From contig JAJVIP010000011.1 of assembly GCA_022072025.1 (NCBI GenBank), positions 81,200 to 145,199 on the forward strand: a stretch of DNA of 64,000 bases, given 5' to 3'. This DNA comes from Elusimicrobiota bacterium (GTDB taxonomy: Bacteria > Elusimicrobiota > Elusimicrobia > F11). Both the position numbers and the translations under genes were made by a program. This document shows, piece after piece, positions 21,801 through 28,727 of this stretch. The stretch's first letter is position 1. Each line of letters opens with the position of its first letter. The notes below the pieces were generated by a model, which had not been told where the DNA came from, ran no database searches, and worked only from the letters and a program-made list of their open reading frames with translations.

Positions 21801-24800
21801 TTGCTCACGTTGGCCCTTTATTCGGATAAAAATATATTCGGCCCGGACCGCCTTCCCCTTTCGGTGCACATTGAAATGCCAATGAGAACCGTGCCGGTGC
21901 ACGCCGAGGACCCACGGGCCGAAGACCCACGGCTGGAATCCTCGTGGCCGGCCTCTTGGATCACCATGGGAAAGCGGACCTCGTCTCCCGTCCAAACCAC
22001 CGGCATTGCAAGCCGGGTGGATTTTTATGTTGATGAATGTGATTGGGTCAGCGCCGCTCAGGTGGTGGCCGGCGCCAACAAACGAGATCAAGCGCGGCGT
22101 ATCGCTCTTCTAAAGGAAACTCGAAAATTCGCGGACGCCGGCACAAAATTTTTGACCCGCTTGGAGAAACTTCGCAAACAAAAGAATGTGGTGTATGACC
22201 CGCCCGAAGTCAAGAAATTCATGGCGGTATTCAGGCAAATCAATGAGCTCTTGTCGGAACAAGGATTCGTTGAATACCAATCCCCCCATGAAGGTCTGAT
22301 TGTTGGAACCTTCAACTCTCAAGGCCAGGCCATTGGGGACGGACCTGTGGCGCAGATCCTGGGTCCGGAAATATTCGCGGTGGATTTGATAGAGGCTCAC
22401 GTCCCGGTGCAGATTAACGACATCTGTAAAGTTCGCAGTGTGACTGGAGAAGAAACGTTGGGTGTGGTGTTTGATGTTAAACCGGCTCTCGGCGTCGGTT
22501 CCGGGAGGCAAAACCAAAGCCAGATGAAAGGCGTGTTGATCAAAATCCCCGGGAAAAGAGTGTGGTGGGGGGACGGCCAATACGGCATCCAGGTGATTTA
22601 CCGCCCGGGCGGCTTCGCCACTTCCCCAAGGGAATCCTCCGACGTTCCACCGCCTCTTTATCCGGTCAGATACATTCAACCGCCGGATGAAGAAACCAAA
22701 ACATTGCTTGTGCAACGCCTCCTGAAAGCGGCTCAAGCGGCCCATCATCCCCCTGTTGTCCTTGAAACGCCAAAAGATTGGCCAGTCGGAAAAGTTTCTT
22801 CGGACGACTCGGAGATCGTTCGAAAAATAATTTTGGATCCCAACAGCGATTCGCGACGCGACCATTTACGCCGACATTTAGAAGATGAGGGAGTCAATGA
22901 AGCTGAAATGAAGAGTTTGGTTCTCAAAGGCTATTCCGACACGCGCCAAATGACATTGGATCATCTTTTCGCCCAACGTCGCATTGAAGACCTCATCCGG
23001 TTCCACCAACTTTTGTTTGACCAGGACCCAAACAGTGACATGACTCTATTGGCAAGGTCCCACATTCTTGCCTTGATTGATCTGGGAAGTTTTAATGAAA
23101 AAGACAAACACGGGCATCCCATCGAAGATCCGCTGGAACGTTTGTCGTTATCGGGATCCCGCAGTGAAGAACGTGGGGCGGCCGGTCGGTTTTTAACCTC
23201 CGTTCTTTGTTTGCCCCAAGCGGGTTACAATCCGCACACAGAACTGACTGTCCGGCGGATTCTCTCCAGCCAGTTTTGGAAAACTTATGCTGATAAAATT
23301 CAACTGGCCCGGGATTTGGAATGGGCCACAGAAACGCCTGTTAACCAAAACCTCCGCGCCAAAGCCGCCAACCTGCTTCGATCATGGGTGTTCGCTGACA
23401 TCGCCCTCCACACACTCAGAAATCTGGGGCCTTATGAAGAAGAGGCGGTCCATCTCGACTGGTGGGACTGGCTGGATGACAACCGTTGGTTGCGTTTGCA
23501 AGACATGCTGGCCAGCGATGCTGCGGACAGAGAATTTCTGCCCCATTCTCCTTGGACATTAACGGAGCAAGACCCGGAAATATATTTCAAAGGACTCATG
23601 AGCAACGACCTCTATGAGTTGACCCGGATCGAATACCAGGCTTTGCTGGAACAAGCGAAACAAGCTCCGCTGGGGCGTATCCGAGTCGACAACTACGGGT
23701 CCGCTGACGCTATCCCGAAAGCCGATCATGTGTTTGACCAACTGAACTTGGCCGCCCAAGAGACGGAGCATCTCCCAGGCTTAAACTCGCCGCATGCCAT
23801 TGAAAGATTCATCCATATCGCCGCGCGGGCCGCGTCTCGAAATCAATATTACAGATTCCGCCTTGAACAAAGCGTCAGGTTGTTAATGAAAATGGAAAAC
23901 CTTGAGTTAAGAAATTTTTTATTGGCGCGAATCACGGTTGAAACACAAGATCCGGGTCTTTTGAGTTTCCTTTTGGATAAAGACGTGGACGACTTGCTTG
24001 TTCAACACATGACCCAGATGAAAATTTATTCGCAGGCCGACCCCGGTCTTCTCATGATGCATCAACAAGCGTTGATCAAACTGTGCGGCTTGATGACGGC
24101 GGACGACTCCTATGAAAGGCGTGAAGACACTCTAAGAACCGTCATCGAATCGTTAAGCGATTCCGAATTGATGGACATCGTTTCTCCAGCCGAGACTCCA
24201 CGCACGACCATTCGGGATGTGATGGAAGGCGCCGGCATCCCTGAAGAGGTGTTTGTGTCAATGGCCCAAGTGGAATTTTCTAAACACGCCTTGCTCTGGG
24301 GCACCCCTCAAGTCAAAAAATGGAGCGGACTGACCATTGGGTCTCAAAAACTCACGCCCGAGGTTTCCGCGTTAAACAATATCGAGGATGCGTTATCCCC
24401 ACATCATTTTGATCCAAAAGATCTTGAGCGGGCGCTGCGTTTTGGTCTGCAAAACCATCCGAGCGCTTTCGACAAACTGGGAGAAGCCTACGAATTGCGC
24501 AAGAACCGGCTTAAAAACGTCTCGTCTCACGATCGCGTGGAGCACCTGGACATTTGGCGCCTGGGGGCTGGACTTGTATTGACGGTGCTGGGCCTCCTCT
24601 TGGGCGCGACGCTGCGGATTTTGAGAAGCAAAAAATCCGAGGCTCTGCTCATCAACGAAATCGGGAGCAGCCACCTCGGGTGGCGCCGTTGGTTGCCTCC
24701 ATGGTTATCCGGGTTGATTCTATGGACAGCGCTCTTCCTATCCTCTGAACAAGAGGGCTTTGCCGCTCCGGTCCATTCAATCCAACCGGGAATCGCACCA

Positions 24801-24992
24801 ACGAGGGACAGTCGCCCTTTAGAGGTCATGCCCACTGTGTCTCTGGGCCTTGCCGATCTCTATGACCGGATCCCCCATTCAGAAAAAAGAAGGGACAACT
24901 CCCCTGATGAAAAATTGCCATGGGACATCAAAGCCTCACGAATGATTGAAATAAAAATTAAAAAAATAAGACATCTGAACCGCCACGCCTGA
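12849..24992 (+). CDS. Giant (4047 aa) multi-domain membrane protein
   Basis: Uninterrupted 12.1-kb ORF; signal-peptide-like N-terminus; ChaN/TIKI-like motifs; several TM clusters; GlmS-like GATase and SIS motifs; HlyD-like and helical-repeat regions. Confidence 0.85.
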   Translation: MGAFVYTQHARRKVGLFVSFIYFISQCALAHTMELNLLKNRSHPLLFNPPLSLPASIGTFRKRNAGHSGLTVIHISDIHLNHEAQENIGNMVTQLMKAGEVRLVALEGAFETIHMDRFRSFSDQDALRRAAKYALKKNQISGAVHSCLTFDGKAPALVGIDDEISYKTNMEAYRQAHALIPAMKSSLKEERAYNNKEAEQLFGPELLALYNQSIAYRANQINTGTYLRFLSDAGADLALELETFLAASEIESALDFSQAGRERTLFFERLAVSLSRQAVRDLENKSSAFRWGQINQAGYYSYLRELSKNVGLDLAHYPAFAEYVRYILLSNDINVEKLYRSLDETEDRLFKQLIQTPLERAVVAKSKRLALSEKLVDFSLTPEEWKEYCRSEPMARPTSRELQPFESFYREAEKRDRKMAENLLKAVHGAGNNQSHQGPSTVVLVTGGFHARGIEEILTKAGATVVSFVPRITKVETVSGAENLSLFVQEKAPLEKLFEGQKLFLSQNPANLIHLIPGIAAVKAVTTPAVPAQQVVDGLLPQGHGSRMTARKKGNEVLVTLQYRGQNETTAYQVDPQGNIQSDRRIRPNPLPELLALTLTLWLGTSVFINPAAFILQLAFTIAATRLVWFSSIFVHGLGHVVFKWWVDKNYRMSLTEAAEGITLSEFFLGLLPFAPIFTPWLSNRISVAPGDPDPEKVSFKALGGPVFNIFSAGAAAGALVFLSRFPGHPFYLSALLYLFLVLNFVFLAASVSDFESFATGLAPDGFACGFLDYFSPLRKLIGGESRFTYGPMYRNQQLVRQQKEQRQYSNGRWTGVIQRAVEQITTTTKILSNRGTQAYGFEVKLRTPQGAVVLAGLKDVNPKRATLHRRLAEDLVKILNRAILSGLTVLDDFFSYSSHLRFGTSSAPSKIETHPHASPEQWVERYNWSDPSRAIRQVREIFQISIKHNGDNDGIKDIEEVLEMYPFYVFGKNYSFKEIRRQLNRILYRDPTRGDSPVIASLLSLFITQGRFDAAARLAYIQMADTFQNAFQDLDNPSKVDRIAKTWGAAFESIFKKHQEHIFERSEIGWTPNVAYIKQVFLPALKNALGHNRQIVEDPYLRALFTHEENFDAFIQSTVHLFLYNDTYRGIQMMVSSAQSSSTFGLSVNNTLEPKKNFWLAKGQPAAMGHNPATGEIITASDPGAVLGALNENSRILTFNDSQGEIVVLDMEDPWSPHMSIFSLSAHRELTSEEIESRWVNLEKNPYIKIPDKNGNGTSNLKKDLTDLSAVLANIHDSFDLKHRNNPRKPSNRLSADRLKKWLVEKANNFHFKTEAKSQMADIVFIAEGSTHDVLLRKAHDLSAVFPGLNIQVITGNDYMRDSESYFSGSGKDFSMGKNTLVFCASQSGMTFSNVESVRDAEYRRRKGQLMDVFIMTGEWFSVMGDSLGQEFFPDSEFSGRLFSNMSGRRYSEAATMATATDFFFSELFLDIFSDISDLQPFNMKLSKEGVAQLKKQIIPLINTAIPELTGVDANKNLVPSDVHRRLLERGWYLSDSVSEQLFMISMLRIYTFVSVTLHLPIFRLMTMILVGAVLLTTGLPSWSSLFDGTLMAFLGLAGGVLFHFANILDALFYSHQDILFTYLIRLLQGRPIRARIGPRFLAIGGPHSRLLREYFRASVLEAPGVLQFAGVDGADLDGDFMHRFKDSNRGALVFFHIDDSESPEPSHQSDATSARMTFNQTNGVQNWGVGPEIIINSIAPQKESQYVVPSVAVDNSEGQPVGGYSKNDSVFNDLHSRWFNELKLLVSGQVVAAEMSDNLSKARMRFYVRRSDSPLQIFLENMARPVSAAYSAIALRANAIMMKRFFRSGQESRIFEPGKGQSGLTVFTTQIMPPHPLDKQAAERDISAIADHLRNFGLNESMPWVPESGPIAVAMARLYDPILAVHKNTGGNERAVATNAAPATALGSGYPQRKSNTRRYSWGIFGGNGSTLYSGWMIGFILGAVALFDQLHISHPSAVLTTATILFGGVWFLMRRQTGPPPSLRLAFETLERRDFLNALPLTEAPKTGPPEPAWVEVAHNNLLNIIQINAQEKVLVDSDSSQINQIRLDYVLNERPVVNVLDHFGFDVSGKAESFLLTQKVDGRTKQIPGEFSEFDPQGRPLIGKAFDADSGQTFEFSFEHNSFISDSIIGFVSDATITDSAGHSIVLVIDPSQIEYSDGALSIEIVPTPLSRMPPLPKVREVRPVVDLDSSPSNSPPPPQIPLFGSRNSEEEMDEETGLPPEAALAIAPNYEILDRLPPDREPADVKADAAAPEVENERTATIISAKAEAQAPNLPRQNVEGLIASGDRFRGGDGGSAINQNLTPISDESWVPFDPRAALLLGAGIVSMAASSTASRFSLARLTDWLARPKVALSRDHKTLTLKFSRRSKIEVWFPSGATEREVHFRSVNGNGPFRLIGGAMEVHLNRATGELRFQSPQENGPVFLVPNPNGGVDRHTSLVLPLNEKYQLPASLPTDTADWSAARKILRVLFISIAFLCLGAALTLWVGPSLARLDAESLLHWTAKKMAWAQQHKIELTNWTGLIGSTLLIFWIFRDKSPLSTHESWRKNLKTWFYRGLFLATLIGINLLPIQWWVPAYLTAAGFGLFYGSVAFAYFIFVPFAWALRLISLLFRWHPAFSAKASLYKDLKAVLGMSLVIGLAAVGWRSRERLLPEKPEARLERMMKDFSHTPWPKTVSKSGTPFNQNTSLNQDEVPVKNFKTQFSRDFAVNPVRFQSGPTSSLVVLRAQKQGVREVHPNASFSKMEWVDPLNEIPLMGQEPMLRLIRPVLEKKASDLSKEINYRKQVLEHFDEAGLFDGNFIKAATKLTSWAEIISLELEHFQLAQEVDVYGHVLTPFKEGETGRAIASQRMLGTMSSSPMNTPQDKLSEIDSPSDIRGENGQELFQSDRRLTLQVVLSMRDWIMFDTHRIKASLTMRDGHTHQASVKACDFEHRLDDTTLLTLALYSDKNIFGPDRLPLSVHIEMPMRTVPVHAEDPRAEDPRLESSWPASWITMGKRTSSPVQTTGIASRVDFYVDECDWVSAAQVVAGANKRDQARRIALLKETRKFADAGTKFLTRLEKLRKQKNVVYDPPEVKKFMAVFRQINELLSEQGFVEYQSPHEGLIVGTFNSQGQAIGDGPVAQILGPEIFAVDLIEAHVPVQINDICKVRSVTGEETLGVVFDVKPALGVGSGRQNQSQMKGVLIKIPGKRVWWGDGQYGIQVIYRPGGFATSPRESSDVPPPLYPVRYIQPPDEETKTLLVQRLLKAAQAAHHPPVVLETPKDWPVGKVSSDDSEIVRKIILDPNSDSRRDHLRRHLEDEGVNEAEMKSLVLKGYSDTRQMTLDHLFAQRRIEDLIRFHQLLFDQDPNSDMTLLARSHILALIDLGSFNEKDKHGHPIEDPLERLSLSGSRSEERGAAGRFLTSVLCLPQAGYNPHTELTVRRILSSQFWKTYADKIQLARDLEWATETPVNQNLRAKAANLLRSWVFADIALHTLRNLGPYEEEAVHLDWWDWLDDNRWLRLQDMLASDAADREFLPHSPWTLTEQDPEIYFKGLMSNDLYELTRIEYQALLEQAKQAPLGRIRVDNYGSADAIPKADHVFDQLNLAAQETEHLPGLNSPHAIERFIHIAARAASRNQYYRFRLEQSVRLLMKMENLELRNFLLARITVETQDPGLLSFLLDKDVDDLLVQHMTQMKIYSQADPGLLMMHQQALIKLCGLMTADDSYERREDTLRTVIESLSDSELMDIVSPAETPRTTIRDVMEGAGIPEEVFVSMAQVEFSKHALLWGTPQVKKWSGLTIGSQKLTPEVSALNNIEDALSPHHFDPKDLERALRFGLQNHPSAFDKLGEAYELRKNRLKNVSSHDRVEHLDIWRLGAGLVLTVLGLLLGATLRILRSKKSEALLINEIGSSHLGWRRWLPPWLSGLILWTALFLSSEQEGFAAPVHSIQPGIAPTRDSRPLEVMPTVSLGLADLYDRIPHSEKRRDNSPDEKLPWDIKASRMIEIKIKKIRHLNRHA
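21903..21932 (+). repeat. 15-bp in-frame tandem duplication (AEDPR x2)
   Basis: gccgaggacccacgg gccgaagacccacgg. Confidence 0.7.
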
Positions 24993-25007
24993 GCGGAAAT
25001 AAAAGCG

Positions 25008-25036
25008 TTGATTTCTGGCGGGATTTTAATTAGTGT
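25008..25036 (+). promoter_or_regulatory. Sigma70-type promoter of the ANTAR leader
   Basis: TTGATT (25008-25013), 17-nt spacer, TAGTGT (25031-25036); predicted start near 25043, at the first hairpin. Confidence 0.6.
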
Positions 25037-25042
25037 GGCCAG

Positions 25043-25087
25043 AGTTTCATCGACGGAAACTATTTTAAGGTTTGGACACGGACGTCC
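25043..25087 (+). promoter_or_regulatory. ANTAR-target dual-hairpin RNA element
   Basis: P1 TTTC-ATCGAC-GGAA and P2 GGAC-ACGGAC-GTCC. Both are hexaloops with A1 and G4 closed by C-G, and P2 overlaps the 5' arm of the terminator. Confidence 0.8.
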
Positions 25088-25123
25088 TTTGATCAACGGT
25101 TTGATCAAAGGGCGTTTTTTTTT
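25081..25123 (+). terminator. Intrinsic terminator/attenuator
   Basis: 16-bp stem GACGTCCTTTGATCAA / TTGATCAAAGGGCGTT (two G-U pairs), loop CGGT, followed by a T-run. Confidence 0.88.
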
Positions 25124-25169
25124 GCCTCAAGATTTTGTGGGAAAAATTTAATTACGAGGAGAAACAATT

Positions 25170-25898
25170 ATGCATTTAGAAGAGTTGGGCATTCCATATA
25201 CGGATTTGGGTAATCAAAAAGAAATCGAGCTGTTTTGGCATATCAGCCAGAGCCTTGTTTCAAAAAGTTATCTGCAAGAGATTCTACAGTTGATTGTGAC
25301 AATGACGGCAGAAGTCATGAAATCAAAAACCTGTTCTCTGATGCTGTTGGACCCTGAAAAAGGGGAGTTGCGTATAGCTGCCACCCAAGCTTTGAGCCCT
25401 CTGTACATCAACAAACCCCCCGTTAAGGTGGGTGAAAGTGTCTCCGGCCGAGCTGTTCAAGACCGAAAACCGGTGGTGGTGGCAGATGTAACGAAGGACA
25501 AAAGTTATGGCTATCCCGAAGTGGCACGCAAAGAGGGCTTTGTATCAATGATTTCCATGCCTATGCAGATTGAAGGGCGTGTTATTGGGGTGATTAACAG
25601 CTATACCCATCAGGTTCATAATTTCACGGATTTGGAGATCAAAATTTTACAAGCGGTGGCCAATCAAGCCGCGGTGGCCATTGAAAACACCAAATTAAGA
25701 CAAGAAAATCTGGAAACCAAACAAGCCTTAGAAGACCGTAAAAAGGTGGACCAAGCCAAGGCACTGCTCATGCAAAAGGATGGGTTGAGTGAAATGGAAG
25801 CCCATCAACTGCTGCAAAAGACCAGCCGCGACCAGAGAAAGCCCATGGTGGAAATCGCCAATGCGATCTTGCTCGCCTATCCGTTGCGTAAAAAATAA
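25170..25898 (+). CDS. GAF and ANTAR domain RNA-binding antiterminator
   Basis: GAF (TCSLMLLD...GESVSG...SMPM...IGVIN...ANQAAVAIEN), coiled coil, ANTAR (RKKVDQAKALLM...SEMEAHQLLQKTSRDQRKPMVEIA); GAGGAG RBS. Confidence 0.92.
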   Translation: MHLEELGIPYTDLGNQKEIELFWHISQSLVSKSYLQEILQLIVTMTAEVMKSKTCSLMLLDPEKGELRIAATQALSPLYINKPPVKVGESVSGRAVQDRKPVVVADVTKDKSYGYPEVARKEGFVSMISMPMQIEGRVIGVINSYTHQVHNFTDLEIKILQAVANQAAVAIENTKLRQENLETKQALEDRKKVDQAKALLMQKDGLSEMEAHQLLQKTSRDQRKPMVEIANAILLAYPLRKK

Positions 25899-25911
25899 TT
25901 TTTGGTATGCT
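25884..25911 (+). promoter_or_regulatory. Putative dnaA promoter overlapping the 3' end of the ANTAR gene
   Basis: TTGCGT, 16-nt spacer, TATGCT, with an extended -10 TG. Confidence 0.45.
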
Positions 25912-25958
25912 CCACCCTTCATTTTTAAAACAAATTTTCCCCGACGGATACCTAACTC

Positions 25959-27356
25959 ATGATGATCACAAGCAAAACAAACGAAGAACTTTGGGATTTT
26001 GTCCTTGGCCAACTTAAACCCGAACTTAAAGACGAAACATTTAATCTGTGGCTGAAACCGCTGAAGGCGGTAAAAAACGAAGAGGGTCAATTTGTGCTTC
26101 GCGTGCCCAATCGATTTTTCTCTGATTGGATTAAAGCTCATTATCAAACCCGCATTGAAAACTTGTTGTCGGAGTTTTTGGGAAGCCAAATCAAATTAAG
26201 TTTTGAAACCCAAGCCGATGAATCAATGTTGCCTGTCCCCACTCAATACAAACCCTCAACCGACATCAAACTAACCTCCTCTTCATCTACCAAAACCAAC
26301 GCTTTTGCCGACGAAATCAAAATAGAAGCCAAATATGCGTTTGATAATTTTGTGGTGGGACCTTCCAACCGATTCGCTGAAGCCGCCGCCGAGGCCGTGG
26401 CGCGCGACCCAGGACGGACTTACAATCCGCTTTTCATTTATGGAGGCGTGGGGCTCGGAAAAACTCATTTGCTTCATTCGATCGCCCGTCACATACTTAA
26501 AAATCAACCCAACGCCAGAATCACCTACGTTCCCAGCGAACGTTTTATTAATGAATTCATCGATGCTATTCGTTTTGAACGAATGAAAGAATTTCGATCC
26601 AAGTACCGGGGGCTGGATTGTTTGCTGATTGATGACATCCAATTTCTTATGGGAAAAGAATCTTCTCAAGAAGAATTTTTCTACACGTTCAACACCCTCT
26701 ATGACTCGCGCAAACAAATTGTGATCTGCTCTGACCGCCCCCCCAAAGAAACCTTGGTCGGGGATCGGCTCATTTCTCGGTTTGAATGGGGCGTCATAGC
26801 CGATATTCAACCGCCGGATCTGGAAACGCGCATCGCTATATTAAGGAAGAAGACCGCTGAATCCGGTCAACAAGCCCCCGATGACGTGATTTTGTTCGTT
26901 GCTTCCCATATCAAAACGAACATTCGAGAATTGGAAGGCTCTATTACGAGAATAATGGCCTACGCAAATTTGACCGGTTTTCCATTGACAGTCGATACCG
27001 CTCGAACTGTTTTAAAAGACATTTTAACAGGCCCTGACCATGCGGCACCTGTAACGATTGAGCAAGTTCAAAAAGTGGTGGCGCGACATTTTAATTTGGA
27101 CCTACGAGACATGAAATCCAAACGTCGCACCGACGCCATCGCGTTTCCCCGACAAGTGGCCATGTATTTATGCCGAACCTTGACCGAACTTTCCACCATT
27201 GAAATTGGGGCGGGTTTTGGCGGCAAAGATCACACAACGGTTATGCACGGCTGCAGTAAAATCAAAAACAAGCTTAGTGGAGACCCTTATTTTGTAGCGT
27301 TGGTTAATAAAATCACACAAGATATTCGAGAGGAAAGCCTGCTTATAACGCCTTAA
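25959..27356 (+). CDS. dnaA: Chromosomal replication initiator DnaA
   Basis: YNPLFIYGGVGLGKTHL, LLIDDIQF, NIRELEG, GGKDHTTVMH. Confidence 0.98.
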   Translation: MMITSKTNEELWDFVLGQLKPELKDETFNLWLKPLKAVKNEEGQFVLRVPNRFFSDWIKAHYQTRIENLLSEFLGSQIKLSFETQADESMLPVPTQYKPSTDIKLTSSSSTKTNAFADEIKIEAKYAFDNFVVGPSNRFAEAAAEAVARDPGRTYNPLFIYGGVGLGKTHLLHSIARHILKNQPNARITYVPSERFINEFIDAIRFERMKEFRSKYRGLDCLLIDDIQFLMGKESSQEEFFYTFNTLYDSRKQIVICSDRPPKETLVGDRLISRFEWGVIADIQPPDLETRIAILRKKTAESGQQAPDDVILFVASHIKTNIRELEGSITRIMAYANLTGFPLTVDTARTVLKDILTGPDHAAPVTIEQVQKVVARHFNLDLRDMKSKRRTDAIAFPRQVAMYLCRTLTELSTIEIGAGFGGKDHTTVMHGCSKIKNKLSGDPYFVALVNKITQDIREESLLITP

Positions 27357-27595
27357 TTGGCCTGGATAAGTTGTGGATGGATTCTTAGTAAGTGGTGTGA
27401 AACTGTGGATAAAAGTAAAAGATGGGGATGGTTGGGATAAGCGGGGAAAGTTATCCACTTGAGACGCGAATTAAAAGTTTCTTTGAAAGAGTCTGACAAT
27501 CAGAAAATTTAATCTGGGAGGTCCCAGTTATCATGGCGACGAACACATATACGACGACTTCTACGTCTTCTTCTCAAAATAAAAGAAGTCAGTTA
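27357..27595. other. oriC: Replication origin oriC (DnaA boxes and putative DnaA-trio unwinding region)
   Basis: Perfect TGTGGATAA at 27404-27412; near-boxes at 27361, 27372, 27432 and 27451 (TTATCCACT); trinucleotide run tac-gac-gac-ttc-tac near 27550 followed by A-rich sequence; dnaA-dnaN intergenic position. Confidence 0.85.
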
Positions 27596-28705
27596 ATGAA
27601 ACTACATCTAACCAAGGCTGATTTATTTAAAGGAATCCAAATTGTTCAATCAGCTATTTCGGTTCGAAGCACGCTTCCTGTTTTGGGAAACATCCTTTTT
27701 GAGGCTTCTGATCAAGGTTTACGTTTATCAGCCACAGACTTGGAAGTAGGAATTCGAACGTGGATTAAAGCGGATATCATCGAGAAGGGCGCTGTGACCA
27801 TTCCCGCTAAAATTTTGGCTGACTTTTTGAGAACATTGGAAGATGACCGGGAAGTAAAGTTAGAGGTTTCTGAAAACAATAAGATTGAAGTGAAATCCAA
27901 CCGGGACCGTTTAAATATCACGGGACTTCCCAAAGAAGATTATCCTGTTTTGCCTGAGTTTGAAGAATCAAAAGCGGTCACCATTTCCAAAGCCACGCTC
28001 AAAGAAATGTTCAAAAAAACCATGTTTGCCGCTTCTTCTGATGAAACTCGTTATGTCTTAAATGGTGTTCATATTATCGTGGATGCGGGAAAAGCAATCG
28101 CCGTTGCAACTGATGGGCGCCGTTTGGCCTATATTCAAAGACCCGTTCCTGGAAAAGATCTCCAAATTAAAGTCATCATTCCAACCAAAGCCGTTCAAGA
28201 AGTCATGCGTCTTATATCCGAAGAAAACTCATCATCTGACACGCTTAAGGTTTCATTTACCGACAATCAAGCCAGCTTTTCGGATGGTTCCACTGTTATT
28301 CTCTCCCGCTTAATTGAAGGACATTTCCCAAATTTTGAGCAAGTCATCCCGAAGTCCAAAGAGATTCAACTTCGTTTGAATCGCCTCGCGTTTCTTTCAT
28401 CCGTCACACGAGCTGCTGTGGGAACCCTGGAGCGTGGGGGATCGGTTCGATTAACATTAACCAAGGGAGTTATGAAAATTCAGGCTGCGGCCCAAGGTCG
28501 CGTTGAAGTAGAGTCTGAACTCTCAACCAACTATGAGGGAAGTGAACTCGAGGTGGCTTTTAATCCTCTTTATTTGATCGATGTTCTTAAAGCATTGGAG
28601 CAAACCGATGTGGTGGTTGAATTGACCACCGCGCTCAATCCAGGCGTGATACGGCCGGCCGACGATGAAGCCTATCGGTATGTGATGATGCCGATGAAAA
28701 TCTGA
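27596..28705 (+). CDS. dnaN: DNA polymerase III beta clamp (alternative start 27533)
   Basis: LSATDLEV, DETRYVLNG, VATDGRRLA, SRLIEGHFP, YVMMPMKI. Confidence 0.97.
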   Translation: MKLHLTKADLFKGIQIVQSAISVRSTLPVLGNILFEASDQGLRLSATDLEVGIRTWIKADIIEKGAVTIPAKILADFLRTLEDDREVKLEVSENNKIEVKSNRDRLNITGLPKEDYPVLPEFEESKAVTISKATLKEMFKKTMFAASSDETRYVLNGVHIIVDAGKAIAVATDGRRLAYIQRPVPGKDLQIKVIIPTKAVQEVMRLISEENSSSDTLKVSFTDNQASFSDGSTVILSRLIEGHFPNFEQVIPKSKEIQLRLNRLAFLSSVTRAAVGTLERGGSVRLTLTKGVMKIQAAAQGRVEVESELSTNYEGSELEVAFNPLYLIDVLKALEQTDVVVELTTALNPGVIRPADDEAYRYVMMPMKI

Positions 28706-28727
28706 CCCCTCGCGCGCGCCTCTAGGA

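Noticed and set aside
17970..22865. Long antisense ORFs inside the giant gene (17970-18632, 22110-22865 and others)
   Set aside because: They have no recognisable motifs and are the expected shadow ORFs opposite a long GC-rich coding frame.
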